Source of the DNA: Octopus vulgaris
Taxonomy: Eukaryota
NCBI GenBank assembly: GCA_951406725.2
Contig: OX597830.1
Coordinates: forward strand, 32,860,001-32,924,000
Length of the DNA stretch: 64,000 nt
Direction of reading: 5' to 3'
Part shown: one piece after another, positions 1 through 13,774 of the stretch
Position numbering within the stretch: the stretch's first letter is position 1
Layout of the letters: each line of letters begins with the position of its first letter
Notes under the pieces: model-generated
Databases searched by the model: none
What the model was told of the DNA's origin: nothing
The model's input: only the letters and a program-made list of their open reading frames with translations
Translations under genes and position numbers: made by a program

Positions 1-8
1 CACACATA

Positions 9-300
9 TCATCATCCTCATCATCATCGTTTAACGTCCACTTTTCATGCTGGCATGAGTTGGACGGTTTGACTGAGGACTGCCAGCCCAATAAGCTGCA
101 CCAGGCTCCAATCTGACCTGTCAAGGTTTCTACAGATGAACTCCTATCCTAATGCCAACAAATCTGAGAGCTAATTGGTGCTTTTTATGTGGCACGAGCA
201 CAGTTTCCAGTCAGACAGCACTGGCATCCACCACACTCGAATGGTGCTTTTTATGTGCCACCAGCATGGGAGCCAGTCAGGTGGAACAAGCAACAAGAGG
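9..300 (-). mobile_element. Family A: 5'-truncated RTE-clade LINE 3' UTR ending in (GAT)n
   Basis: Reverse complement of the ...cagtcaaa-cgtccaac-catgc-agcatg-aaag-ggacgttaaacgatgatg end seen in other copies; the copy at 33471-34205 links this end to an RTE ORF C-terminus. Confidence 0.75.
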
Positions 301-459
301 ATGTGCACATGGAATGTATTAGTTCGACAACTCAGTAAAAAAGGAGAGAAATTATGACGTTTCAAGCTTAGCTTTTCATCAGAAAGGAAAACAAAAATAG
401 TTCAAAGAAGGTAAAAAAATTACACCAACAGCATGCGTGTAATTATATTGCAAATATGT

Positions 460-852
460 TCTTTACATGTTCCAGTCATTTGACTGCAGTCATGCTGGAG
501 CACTGCCTTTAGTTGAGCAAATCGACCCCAGGACTTATTCTTTGGAAGACTAGTACTTATTCTATCGGTCTCTTTTGCCAAACTGCTAAGTTATGAGGAC
601 GTAAACACACCACCATTTGTTGTCAAGCGATGTTGGGGGGACAAACACAGACACACACATATATATATATATATATATACACATATATACGACAGGCTTC
701 TTTCAGTTTCTGGCTACCAAATCGACTTACAAGGCTTAGGTTGGCCCGAGGCTATAGAAGCAGACACTTGCCCAAAGTGTCACACAGTGGGAATGAACCC
801 GGAACCTTGTGGTTCGTAAGCAAGCTACTTACCACACAGCCACTCCTATGCC
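460..852 (-). mobile_element. SINE family B, near full length (tRNA-derived head, internal microsatellite)
   Basis: Reverse-complement match to the copy at 58630-59048; A-box TGGCTGTGTGG, B-box GGTTCATTCCC. Confidence 0.85.
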
Positions 853-894
853 TATACTTATGCATGTGTGTATGTGTGTATGTATGTATATCTT

Positions 895-1340
895 TCTTTG
901 TGTCTGTGTTTGTCCCACACCACTGCTTGACAACTGGTGAGGGTGCGTTTATGTCCCTGTAACATAGCAGTACAGCAAAACGAGACACTTACAACAAGTT
1001 CCAGGCTTAACACTTTCATTACCAACCCGGCCAAAACCGGCTCTGGCTCTGTTGTATTAATGTCTTTGTTTTCATAGGTTTTTCATTAAAATCTTCCACC
1101 AAACCTTAGTTGCAATTTATGTTCCTAACACTAGCTTAATGATAACTAAGTTATTTTACTAAATTCCTTATTATATTTAAAATAATTGAAAGAAACACAG
1201 AGCATCTCAAAATAAATACAGTAACGAAAAGGTTAAAGAAAAGAGAATCAATACCGAGGTCAATTCATTCGACTAGAAATTCTTCAAGGTGGTGCCCCAG
1301 CATGGCCACAGACTAATGACTGAAGCAAGTAAAAGAAACT
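895..1340 (+). mobile_element. Older SINE B 3' half, split by a MITE
   Basis: tgtgtttgtcc...cttgacaac... and tail ggtggtgccccagcatggccacag...aagtaaaaga. Confidence 0.7.
1011..1232. mobile_element. piggyBac-type MITE (~220 bp)
   Basis: TTAA at 1007-1010 and 1233-1236; imperfect TIRs cactttcatta/taacgaaaagg; inverted homologous copy at 20240-20461. Confidence 0.8.
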
Positions 1341-2155
1341 ACTCGCATTGTACCAAAATTCGAAACCAATCACTATCATTATGATAACTAAGAGTTCTTC
1401 TCTAAGACTGATCAATGTTCCATTTTACAGTTAGTAGTTCTTAATTCTCTTAATAAATGACACCTCTCCCCAACTCTACATGCTTCCAGGCCATGACTGG
1501 CATACTTTATAATGGTACTCAATAGTGTCTGGTAAGAATTCTTGAGATGTGAAAGATTTTCATTCTTGTAGATTTTATTGGTTTTTTTTGTTGTTGCTCT
1601 GGTTCTTGGTACACATACACAGATCTATGCATCTGTATATGTATGTATATTTATATGTATACATATATGTATATACAAATGCATATACACACACATATAT
1701 ATAAACATATATATATATATAATATTATGTGAGGGGTATGTGTGTGTGTGTGTGTGTGCCTTCTGCTATTTTAGCTGTTGTTTCTTTTCAGACACACCAT
1801 TAAAATGTGTGTGGTTTTAAATACAAATCAGAGCACACTAATAAAGATTATGATGATGGTAACAACAACAACAAGAACAACAAGAACAACAACGACAACA
1901 ACAACAATAACATCATCATCATCATCATCATTGTTATTATTATCATTATCATCATCATCATTGTCCTTATCAAAGAAATCTTTCTTGATACCATAATCAA
2001 TGTGTAGCTTTCGAGGCGAGGGGTGTGGGGGCAGACTGTGTTGGTGGGGGTGGGGTGTGGTGGGGGTGGGGGTAGGGAGCTTGGTACAGTTATTGCTCTT
2101 GGCAGTTGTGATGGTGTAGGTTGTTGGTGTTGGTGGCAAAGGCACCATAATCAGT

Positions 2156-2195
<40 letters not shown>

Positions 2196-2482
2196 ACACC
2201 AGTATGGAAAACTTCAATGTCATCAATCAGACCTTTTCTAAGTATCGCTGGCACTAAACATGGGAATTAACATAGGATTAGATCAGATTTATTTCGTCAA
2301 AGAATTTCGGTAAGAGAAGAGAAAAGTTTAGAAAAAAAAAACATACAATATCTAAATATAATATAATAAAAAAGAATTATTCAAAAATATTTAAAATTTA
2401 CAAATACACACACAAACACACATATATATACAAAGATGGAGAGACATTTTATAATATATGTATACACACACATTAAATGTGC

Positions 2483-2551
<69 letters not shown>

Positions 2552-2819
2552 CATATGTGTATATGTTTGTGTGGTTATACATGTGTGTGTCTACACATAA
2601 TTAAAATAAATAAACTGACAGAAAAATATACAAATAAAACAAAAACCAACTAACGAATAGAAAGAGAGAAAGTGAAATAAGATGCAAATTAGAATTAAAA
2701 AATAAAGACAAAAATCAAAATTAGGTAAACAAACAAACAAAAATATAAATGAACGAATGATAAAACAAACATAATAAAAATACAAAACGTAATACACACA
2801 CACATAAATATACATATAC

Positions 2820-2868
<49 letters not shown>

Positions 2869-3197
2869 CATATACATATTACACAAAATAAAAAGGAAAA
2901 TTATGAAGAATACTAAAAGCAGATAGCGATGAGATTAAGGGAAGATTAAAAATCCACAAAACAGATTAATTTTGTAACAATTGATTTTTCATTTCGAAAT
3001 AACATTAAGAGTAAAAATCTGAAAAATGACAAGAAAACTATTCAAAATGTCATGGAAACAACACTTCAACATCTGGCTGTACAATAATTTAATAAACTTC
3101 TGTGAAAACTCTTAATTCCAACCGTTTCAACTAAAAGAATCACACACCAATAAAGCGGAATTAGGTATCTAGTTTTATGTGTCTCAATCTGTATATG

Positions 3198-3270
<73 letters not shown>

Positions 3271-3471
3271 TTATGTATTTATCTATGTGTGTATATATAT
3301 GCATATATATGTGTGTGTATATATATATTTATGTATTTATCTATGTGTGTATATATATATATGCATATATATGTGTGTATATATATGTGTGTATGTGTAT
3401 ATATATATATATATAAATATATGTACATATATATATACAAATATATGTATGTATATATGTGTGTGTGTGTA

Positions 3472-3502
<31 letters not shown>

Positions 3503-3929
3503 ACATATACAGATATACACAGACACACACACACACGTGCACGTGTGTACTTACATCTATGTATATGCATGTGTATGTATGTATATATACGTATGTGTTC
3601 CTGTGTATGCGTGTGCTTGCCATATGTGTTTGCGCCTGTGTTTCTGTTTGTGTGTGTGAGTATGTGTGAGCACAGAGGCGTCCTCATTAGTACAAAACTA
3701 GTAGAGACTGATCAATATTTTGCATACTGATGCAAAACACCATTCAATTAAGGTGTGTAGGTGTGTGTGTATGAATGTGTGAGTGTGTTCATTATTAGGT
3801 GTGTATGTGTATGCATTATGTATTCGTATGCTCCTGTAGCTGTGTTTTGGGAGGCGACTGACTAGCTTTGCTTTTGTTGTTGATGTTATCATTGTTTTCA
3901 TTATTTCTCCTCCCACTCCTCTTCAACGT

Positions 3930-3998
3930 TGTTATCATCATTATCACTATCGGTATCACCACTATTGGTATCCACCATCCCTATCGCCAATCACCAAC

Positions 3999-4032
<34 letters not shown>

Positions 4033-4113
4033 TCATCATCCACAATGTCGTCATCTTCGTCATTGCCATCATTGTCATCTTCATCATCTTCGTTGTCGAC
4101 ACTGTCGTCGTCG

Positions 4114-4153
<40 letters not shown>

Positions 4154-4265
4154 TATTGTCATCATCATCGTCGTCGTCGTCATCTTCATTGTCATCATTT
4201 GTTGTCGTCATCATTGTTATCATCATCATCATCATTGTCAGCATTGTCATCATTATCATCATTTG

Positions 4266-4311
<46 letters not shown>

Positions 4312-4595
4312 ATTTGTCATCATCATCATCGTCGTCATCATCATCATCATCATCATTGTAATTATCATCATTGTCATCATCATCTTCATCATCATCTTCA
4401 TCATCATTGTTGTCTTCATCGTTGTCGTCATCATCATCATCATCATTATTGTCATCATCATCATCATCATCATCATCATCGTCATCATCATCATTTGTCA
4501 TCATCATCATCATTTCTCATCAACATCATCATCATCATCGTCATCACCATCTCTTCATTAGGTGTAATCATTTTCATCGCCAACATTTATCATTT
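3930..4595. repeat. Long degenerate (CAT)n/(CGT)n trinucleotide array
   Basis: Directly visible; source of the poly-S/H/I/D/M ORFs. Confidence 0.95.
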
Positions 4596-5167
4596 CTAGA
4601 TGGAAGCCGATAGAAGTAGCCTGGATAATGCAGTGTAGTGGGATTAAATGATTAGCAATATCCTTAATTCACACATCTCCTTTCAGTTCCAAGTTCAGAG
4701 ACCACTTGAGATGAAGTCATTTTGCAGGACGAGTGGGTGACAATAAAATGTAATGTGAAATAGCCTAACACTTATCAAAAAAGACATCTAATTCTCAAAA
4801 GCTAATCTAGATGGAAATGAATTTATTTCCTCCTGAAATATAAAACTGGAGGTTTAAAAGCAGAATATGATATGGTTGCTGAGGACATGTACTTTGTAAT
4901 TCCAGCTATTTCTCCTGAGTCTAAATGGCTGCTGTGGCTTGTAATATGCACATATGAGGATTTTCCTGTTTTTTGTTAAGATGAAGCAATAATGCAGTTA
5001 ACAGTATGTGGATTTTTGGAAGAGCAATGGAACAAGTTCATTCCTTGTTGGGGGGAAGTGGATTGTTTGCCAGCAGTGTTCAAGCCCCTGGTAAAACATC
5101 TCATACTGGACAGGTCCAAGAATAGAGGCCATAATAATACGACCATCTCTTCCTATTATTATTACAG

Positions 5168-6035
5168 GTGCTGATGAGAATGGACTGGCTAGTCTGTTCC
5201 AGAGGACTTTCCGGTTGGGAACTATCATGGCTAATTTCCAGATGTCCTTGGCTTGACAGTGTTACTGCGAGGGTGCTACTGGTTTGAGACAAGCTCTACA
5301 GGCATGGATCCACTGTCACACAGACTTGTCCGAGGTGCACGCAGAGTGACAAAACCATTCTGCATGCCCTCGTTCAGTGTCTGGGTATTGCTGACTTGTG
5401 GGGTAATGTTCAACAGCTACTGTCACATGTGGGATGAATCTGTCTGTTGGTTGAGCCTGTAGTGATGATTGCATCGCTGCCCTCCTTCAATCAGGCAGGC
5501 AAGGCAGTTTTCCTTTGCCTGGTCGCTGTGGCAAAAGAGGTTGTTTGGTGGACAAGGCTGAAAAACATGAGGGCAGATACTTTCCATTTTGGTAGAGTTC
5601 TCGTTGATTTTTTCAAGTCTCACTTGTAAAGGAAAATGGAGTAAGGAGGGAAGTGCTGTCCTTGAGTGAATTTATCGAAAGATGGCTGAAAGTTGTGAAA
5701 ATGGCAAGAGTGGATGGTACCTCTCTTAAGTGTAGCCTATAAGCTGGAGAGAAGGATTTGGAGAGGGCACTTGCTCATGGGGTATCAGGGAAATCTCAGA
5801 TGGTGGAGTTCTTCTATTATCCCTAGAGGCCTTCCTGTATCAGGAGGGCCACATCGCTATCATTCTCCCCCACCTTTTTCTTTTGTACTTCTCTATGCTA
5901 TGCATATGTCCCCTCTTTCCCAGTGTATACTTTTTTTAATTTATCATTTCATTTTTATATGTAAACCCCCACACTTTATGTCTGTCACTGTATTGTGCTT
6001 CTCATCTTTTGCCCAAATGGCAAATAAAAGAAATA
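5168..6035 (+). mobile_element. Tx1/L1-clade LINE 3' fragment (decayed ORF2 C-terminus plus 3' UTR)
   Basis: Translates LLV*DKLYRHGSTVTQTCPRCTQSDKTILHALVQC (CCHC knuckle) and then VAKEVVWWTR; AATAAA near 6023. Confidence 0.75.
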
Positions 6036-6054
6036 ATTTTTATTATTATTATCA

Positions 6055-6582
6055 TCTTATTGCCTTTGCACAGCTTCTAACACTGGAGATGTACTACGGT
6101 GTCAGCTGTTCACTACCAATGAACTCAGGAAACACCTCTTATTCGAGCACCCTCCGGAGTATTCAAGCGGTTCCAAGCAGTGCTGTTTTCTGCAAGTGCT
6201 CCACCCTTATTGCAGCCCCTATTTGTTCCATGTACTTCTCGAGATTTTTGCTCACTGTTCCCAGGGCTCCGACAATTATTGGTACTACTGCTACCTTTTT
6301 CCATCGACCACAACTGTTTAACTTCCTAAGCTAACCTGTCATATCTCTTGACTTTTCTTTCTTCCTTATCAGATACCTTGTTGTCAGCTGGGTGTACTAT
6401 ATCTACGATCCAGCATAGTTTGTTTTCTTTCTCAATTAGGACTATGTCTGGCTTCCTATTCTCTATCTCATAGTCACACTGAATCACAAAATCCCATAGG
6501 ATCTTTGCATTTCTATTTTCAATGATGCCTTCAGGTTTGTGGTTGTACCAATTTCTATTTTCGACAATGCTTTGTGGGCGTA
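6055..6582 (-). mobile_element. R4/Dong-like LINE 3' fragment (restriction-like endonuclease domain)
   Basis: ILWDFVIQCDYEIENRKPDIVLIEK...IVDIVHPAD..KEERKVKRY; frameshifted; lies between (ATT)n tracts. Confidence 0.85.
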
Positions 6583-6588
6583 ATATTA

Positions 6589-6628
<40 letters not shown>

Positions 6629-6630
6629 CA

Positions 6631-7110
6631 TTGAGTGAGAGAGCAGTTCATGCCATCAAAGTGACACTGGGGTAAAATATACGAAGCCCAATATACCCAT
6701 CATGACTACCCGTCTGATAAAAGTACACCAGGCACATGCATCACAACCATATGTGCGCGACATGGTGATCTCATATCAAGATAAACAGCACATGACCTTG
6801 CAGGTGGGGCCCAGTTAGAATTTTCTTCAGGTTGAGTAGCCCATCCCGCTCAAACGGTCCCTGAATAAGGGTTGTTTAAGGATGTTGAAAGAACCACCCA
6901 TGTTTCCAGAGGTGAACTATTCAAACCCCAAAGAATCCCTCTCAACACATGGCTATGATGCTCCCCCACTACTTCTGCTCGTGATTAGAGATGCACATAT
7001 CGTCAGCCACTAAGGGACATGCTCAACTGGTTAAGGTCAAACAACTGACAAGCAAATCTGTGGTATTGAGCAGAATATTTGCTGTAGCCCATCTTTTATA
7101 CCAAGACAAA
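6631..7110 (-). mobile_element. Family E non-coding element, 5'-truncated
   Basis: Reverse-complement homolog of 15402-15961 and 43548-44051; flanked by (ATT)n. Confidence 0.8.
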
Positions 7111-7156
7111 TATTATTATTATTATCATTATTCATAATAATTATTATTAATTATTA

Positions 7157-7683
7157 TTGTATGTTTGGCTTTTGCTTTGTGTTTGTACAGGTTGATTCTG
7201 AGTCTCACCTAGAGCCTAAAAGAGATAACAAGTTAGACGTTGAAGTTGGTGCTATGACTAGGATACCATTTATTTGGTCTTGCACAGAGTATCGTTCTAG
7301 AGAATGTCTGTCAAAACAAGTAAATTAAAAGTTCGTTTTAAGAGTAATTGGAATATAAGATGATAATGTGATGCTAAGCTGACAGTTGAATGTGTTTGCT
7401 ATTATGTACGTTTAAAAGTATTTTAACACCATTTACAGATTAAATTGTTTTGGGGATTACTTAGACAATATTTTACATAGGAAACAAACTGTTCGCACGA
7501 GCACTATTTTTTGAATTTCTGCCAATTTTGGGATTTCCTAGTATCTGATCTTAGTAGAAATCGTCCCTTTTTGCTATCATTCCTGGGGCACCTATGACAA
7601 CGGGTACTGTTTTAGTCTTGAGGTTCCACATTTTGCTAGTTTCTCTTTCAAGATCTTAATACTTGCTCTGTTTTTGGTAGGTC
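7157..7683 (-). mobile_element. R4/Dong-like LINE 3' fragment
   Basis: Minus strand reads KTYQKQSKY*DLERETSKMWNLKTKTVPVVIGAPG, followed by a 3' UTR and (AAT)n. Confidence 0.8.
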
Positions 7684-8070
7684 TTATTACTTCCGCCTTA
7701 GCAAAAGTGGAGGTATTGTTTTCAGTTGTGTTTGTTAGTTTATTTGTTTGTTGTTTGTCCGTGGACAAGATATCTCAAGAACCAATGGATGGAATTGGAT
7801 GAAACTTTCAGGGACATTTGGACTCATGACTGGCACAAACTGATTAGATTTTGGGATCAATCCAATATTGGACAAGGATTCTGGATTATGGTTCCTGTTT
7901 TTCTTTTACTTAATTTTTGAGAACAGTCAGGTTCATTTTTAGTATTCTCGTTTGTGAGAACAGTCGAGTTTATTTCAGATATTCTCCTTTTAAAAATCAT
8001 CACTGTCTAATTGCTGAGAGGACATTGTTGCTGCCTTGGAGGAGGTTTGTGCTCTCTGAGTGCTCTTGTT
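7684..8070 (+). mobile_element. Helentron-associated non-autonomous element (HINE/DINE-1-like)
   Basis: 5' ttattacttccgcc and 3' ccttggaggaggt subterminal inverted repeats; 3' hairpin gtgctctctgagtgc; internal (TTTG)n; TT ends. Confidence 0.7.
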
Positions 8071-8119
8071 ATCATCATCATCATCATCATCAACATCATC
8101 ATCATCGTCATCATCGTCG

Positions 8120-8157
<38 letters not shown>

Positions 8158-8204
8158 GTCATCATCGTCATCATCATCATCGTTGTTGTTATTATTATTA
8201 ATGG

Positions 8205-8665
8205 TTTCTTTTCATTATAACCTTATTTCAGCTGCCTTAGTACCGGGCATCTCCCGGAGGCCAAGATTAGCAGGGGCACTTTTGTTTTGCTATGCATGCT
8301 AAAATTATCATTACATTTATTCCGCTTTAGATGGAGAGTGCTTTCCCTAGTATATGGGCTGGACCCATAAAGGTTATCTTTTGTAGTTCACAGAGATTGG
8401 GATTAACAGGGGATGCTTAATATACTTCTCAACTTCCTTCTTTATCGTTCCCAACGCACCAATTACTCCTGGTATTATCCCCGTACTAAGCTTCCACATT
8501 CTTGTGATTTCAATTTGCAGATCTTTATAGTGAGAAAGCTTTTGGCATTCTTTTCTTGAGACATTTTGATCTTGTGGGACAGACATATCTATTAACAGAC
8601 AAGTTCTTCCGTTGTAGTCCTTGATCACAATGTCTGGTCGACTTGGAGTCAATTTTTCTTTCTGT
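8205..8665 (-). mobile_element. R4/Dong-like LINE 3' fragment
   Basis: RPDIVIKDYNGRTCLLIDMSVPQD..KECQKLSHYKDL..MWKL..IPGVIGALG. Confidence 0.85.
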
Positions 8666-8866
8666 TTGTATTGTTCATTTAGAAAGTCATGTCTTAGAAA
8701 AAAAGGGCAATACAACACACAGTACTTGTTTCAAACATTGAGATAATGCCTCAAATTTATGGGACTTGGGGTTGTAGCTGATTACTTAACGATCTTCAAT
8801 ATATATGAAAGGTAAAAATAGTCTTAGCAGGAACTGAACTCAGACTGTAAAAGAGCCACAAGGCAT

Positions 8867-9003
8867 TCATCATCATCATCATCATCGTCGTTTAACGTCT
8901 GCTTTCCATGCTAGCATGGGTTGGACGATTTGACTGAGGGCTGGTGAACCAGATGGCAGCACCGGGCTCCAATCTTGATCTGGCAGAGTTTCTACAGCTG
9001 GAT
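8867..9003 (-). mobile_element. Family A RTE 3' end
   Basis: catcgtttaacgtctgctttccatgctagcatgggttggacg... Confidence 0.8.
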
Positions 9004-9598
9004 ATTTAAAATTCCCAGTATTATAATCCTGGTCCCTACTAATACCATCACAACCAATAGCTCTGCTACTTCTAACACCATCACCACCACCATCCTCACC
9101 GCCATCACCGCCACCACCACCACCACCACCACCACCAACACCACTACCACCATCACCACCAGCATCACCACAACCACCACCACCAGCATTACCACCACCA
9201 CCACCACTAACAACCACCTTCACCACAACCCCCATCACCACAACCACCACTACCACTACCACCATCACCACCACCACCACCACCACCGCCATCGTTGCCA
9301 TTACCACCACCATCAACCAGCATCATCCCACCCACCCCCGACGTACATTCTATTCCACCCCCACTCTCTATCACAACCTTGTAGGTTACTTTTAAGAGAG
9401 GGGACCTTTCTCGCGTTTATGGTCAAGCTTGACCGAATCAAATTAATTCTTTTCAAAAGAGCAGATAACCAGGAAATAAAAACCATTTTATTTATGTTCA
9501 CAGTCAAAATATCTGTGAAAGATTTGTCCTGGTTTGCAGTTTAGATATCTGGAAATTTGCATTCCATTAGCTTATCATTTAATATTTAAGCAGAATGA

Positions 9599-9661
<63 letters not shown>

Positions 9662-10150
9662 TACACACACACATATGCATACAGATGTTACTCATTCAAA
9701 CACATAATTGGTACACACAAATAAATTTTTATTTATATGTGTACATATATGCATACGTGTGTGTATGTGTGTGTTTGTACATGTGTATTGTGTGTGTGTA
9801 TGTATATGTGTATGCATAGATATGTATATGTATATAAGTATGTATCTTTAGTTATTTATTTGATTATATATGTATGTATTTATGTACCAACGTGTGTGTT
9901 TGTATATGTGTGCGTGTGTGCATGCATGTGCATGCATGTGTGTGTGTATGTACGTGTGTGTGTGGGAATATCAAATTCGCCCCACAGAAAATGAGGGGAA
10001 TATGTATCTGAGAAAAAGATACAGAAAAAAAGAAGGGAAAGAAAAGAAGAATGCTAAAGTGAAAAGAAGGTTGAGAGAGAAATAGGCTTAGAATAAGGTA
10101 GCCGAGAGGGAGAGATGGAGACAGGGAGAGAGGGGGAGAAATTGTGATAT

Positions 10151-10572
10151 AGTAATGCATTCAAGAGAGAAAGGAGAGAGAGAGAGAGAGAGTAGCAAGA
10201 AAGAGAGAGTGAGTAATGCATCTGAGAGAGAAAGGTGAGAGAGAGAGACAGAGCATTTGTAAGAGAGAGTGTATGCTTATCAAAAGGGTGACAGATGAAA
10301 ATACAGAGAGAGAGAGAAAAAAAGAGAGTGAGTAATGCATTTGAGAAAGAAAGGGGAAAGAAAAGAGAGAGTGAGGCAGAGCATCTGTAGGAGAGAGTTT
10401 ATATTTAACAAAGGGAGACAGATAAAAATAGAGAGAGAGAAAGAAAGAAAGAAAGAAAGAGAGTGAGTAATGCATTTGAGAAAGTGGAGAAAAAGGAGAG
10501 AGACTGAGACAGAGCATCTGTTAGAGAGAGTGTATGTTTATAAAAAGGGAGAGAGATGAAAATACAGTGAGA
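10151..10572. repeat. Purine-rich compound minisatellite, ~120-135-bp unit, about 3.3 copies
   Basis: gagtgagtaatgcat...cagagcat...gat(g/a)aaaata recurs near 10207, 10326 and 10461. Confidence 0.8.
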
Positions 10573-10574
10573 GT

Positions 10575-11155
10575 ACTGCTTGGCATTCACACTGAAAGCT
10601 CCAATATGAACAGATGGTGAACACATAGAACAACCGTTGGCTTGCTGTGTCCCCAAAACATGTACTGAGAGTGATTAAAATCAAACATCCAGTCAACATC
10701 ATGGTGTTGATAGTAATCACTAGTAAAGGTGATGTTATGCCTCCATTCATCTTCCCACACAGCGTCAGACTCAGTACGGAGGCCTACATCAACTACCTGG
10801 AGGAAGTACTGTTGCCCTGGCTCAAAAGGGTAACTGTTGGATGGAAGATCCTATGTTTGGCAACAGGACACTGTAACAGGACAGGCCACGCAAGCGGGAA
10901 AGCCCAATCATGGCTGTCAGACAATTTCTGTAACCACATAACCCCTAACATCTGGCCACCTAACTCCCCAGGCTGCAACCCCCTTGATTATTATGTGTGG
11001 GGTGCAGTTGAGTGAGAGACCAAGAAAATTCCTTGTAACACCAAAGATGAACAGGAGACAAGAATTATGGTAGCATTCACCAACTTAAACAAGGAGACCA
11101 TTCAGAAGAGTTGCAGGAGGTTCCAAAGCTGTCTGGAGGCCATGGTTGAAGCAAG
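10575..11155 (+). mobile_element. Tc1/mariner superfamily (maT/DD37D-like) transposase relic
   Basis: GDVMPPFIFP..YINYLEEVLLPW..WPPNSPGCNPLDYYVWGAVE..CRRFQSCLEAMVEA; stop codons and frameshifts. Confidence 0.85.
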
Positions 11156-12974
11156 CTACTTACCAATTACTTTTTCAGAGTCCACGTGTGAAATGATAAT
11201 GCGATTTCTTTACTTCAATGTATGTTATGAAAAGTATAGCTATGTTGGTTGTAGCAAATTTTGAAAGAGGTTGCAGTAAGTCTCTTGCATATTTTACTTA
11301 ATTGTGGGTTTTTATTTTATGTTTATATATTATATATCTCTTTAAGTATTTAAACTCAAGTGAGTAGTTTGTTTGATTGCTGAAATCACATTAGGAATTA
11401 AATTGGCTTCTAATTCTTTCTTTGGAAAATTTTCATAGAAAAATGTGTTCTGGCAAGGGTCAGTGTATCTGAAGAAGAAATTTTAAATGTATTTCTTGTA
11501 GAAAATTTTGCTATATTTGTGGAGTGAGGGGGAATGCTTAGTGAGAAATCTGAAAAAAATGTTTTGCCATTTGGGCAGTTACAGCAATATTGAAAAATTG
11601 CATTGTCTGACGTTATATTTGGCTTCTACTTTTACACTTTTTATTGGTTCTCTTGTTCTCTTTAATTTATGTAATTTTGTTTTGTCCTATCCATACGCCT
11701 CAGTCAATTGGATTGGAAGTTCATTCATTCCTCATCAGAACCACACTAATCTAGATCCAGTTCTCAAGTTTTATCTTTCTGAACATGGATTCTGTTGACC
11801 AAAAGTAGCACTTTGCTTCTCACCTAACATATTTATTATCTTGCTCACACCACGTTTATACAATTTGTCTACATTTCCACAAGGAAGCTTTATAAGCTGC
11901 TGTTCAATTTGCTAGAAACAGCAGCAAAACCTCATTTAAATCAAACTCTGCTATTTAATAAAAGAATACATTGTACTTTATTAGTTTTAGTTAAAACTAT
12001 TTTGGGCTAAAAAATGATATAGTCGTAGCAGAACTGTCCTTTCATTATAAGTCTACTTGACTAATACTGATCTGGAGCTAAACAACAATACCAATAACAC
12101 TAACAATTAACTGAAAGAAACCAGTTATGTATGTGCTTATATCTGTGAATGAATTGCCTTTTGTTTTCCATTCAATTGATTTTGTATCTAGCTTAACATG
12201 GAGCTCTCTCACCATATGACATGATAACTTGTGCACTTTTAACATATTTCTTATCCAAAATAACTTGTGAAGACAGCAAAGTTTCAACAAAAATATTAAG
12301 CGATAACAAGTCCATGCAACAAAAACCAGTTAAGAACCATTCAGGAACTAGAAGCACTTTGTAATTTAATCATAATCTGAGACTACACAGGCCTGTTGCT
12401 GTTGTTGTTGTTGATTCTCCAGTCATCATCAGCATTCTTTTCTTTTTCTTAATCGAGGATTATATCATCTAATGTGTTTAAATTTTTTAAGCCAGTAAAA
12501 CGTAGTTGGTAGAAGAACTGGTTGCTACTTCTAGCAGGTTGAAAAGCCACATATAATCTCCTTTGATAGTTTCTTTTCTCTGTGTGTAGCTCAGATGGGG
12601 GTTGAGGTTTCAGATAGATAAGATGAACACAATTCAGATATATTATATATATATAACCACTAAAAAAATTGCTTTTAAGATTAAAATTAAAATTCAAATC
12701 CATATTGGAATTCATTAAAAAGAAAAAAAAACTTAAAACTAATTCTTTATTTAAATTTCAATTCGAAAGTTCTCAATTAAATTTCAATTCAATATTTCAA
12801 TTTTGATTCAAAAGTTAAAAGAAAAATTTCCATTCCATTCCCAAAATAAATATTTATATATAAATACATTTAACTCCATTCACTCTATGTTGGGATATTA
12901 GTTTACTCTTCTGGTCTGCTAGTCTTCATATAATTTAATTTTATCCATTACTGCGATATCTACCCTTATCTCAC

Positions 12975-13056
12975 ATGAATATCAGCAATCAAGAACATCA
13001 TTATTGGCTCTACCAAACACCACCACCTCTGCCACCACGAGGGGTACTGTATCCTG
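12975..13056 (+). CDS. Candidate small coding exon (MNISNQEHHYWLYQTPPPLPPRGVLYP-), host gene unknown
   Basis: Unique sequence, PPPLPPR motif, donor CTG|gtaagg; no homology recognised. Confidence 0.3.
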
Positions 13057-13369
13057 GTAAGGTAGCAATGATTTTTGATTGGAGAAAGGAAAATAATCAG
13101 CTTTCTTCTGATGAAATCATCCTGCGTTTCAAACGAAAGAGAGATCAAAAAGCGAAAGGCATGATGGGAAGAGATAGGAAGATAGCACATAGAGAGAGAA
13201 AAACAGCACATTGCTCATCAGCATTTATTTTCTTCCTTTTCCTTATACTCTCTTCTTGCAGACCACCATATTTTCAAATCTGCTTCATTTATTTTCTCTT
13301 TATAATAGTAATAAAAAAAAAAATTGTAGTAGTCGTAGTAGTAGTAGTAGCAAGCAGCAGTAGTAGCAG

Positions 13370-13588
13370 TGGTTTCAAATTTTGGCACAAGGCAACCAAT
13401 ATCAAAGGAGTGGGGGCTAAGGCAATTACAGCATCCCCAGTTACCCAGCTGGTTCTTATTTTATTGACCCTGAAAGGATGAAAAACAAAGTCAACGTCAG
13501 CATTATTTGAACTCTAAATGTAGAGACAGATGATATGCCACTCAGCATTTTGCTTGGCATGCTAACGATTCCACCACCTCACTGCCTT
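13370..13588 (-). mobile_element. SINE family C
   Basis: Reverse complement of ggcagtgag...gttagcatgcc...gagttcaaat...ttcatcctttc...; near twin of 21550-21770. Confidence 0.8.
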
Positions 13589-13653
13589 AATAATGATGAT
13601 GATGATGATGATGATGATTATTATTATTGTTGTTGTTGTTGTTATTATTGTTG

Positions 13654-13735
<82 letters not shown>

Positions 13736-13774
13736 TGTTGTTGTTATTATTATTACTATTGTTGTTGTTGTTAG

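Noticed and set aside
10575-11155. Active or domesticated transposase
   Set aside because: The catalytic region is disrupted by frameshifts and stops; the same applies to the mariner at 48625-49365
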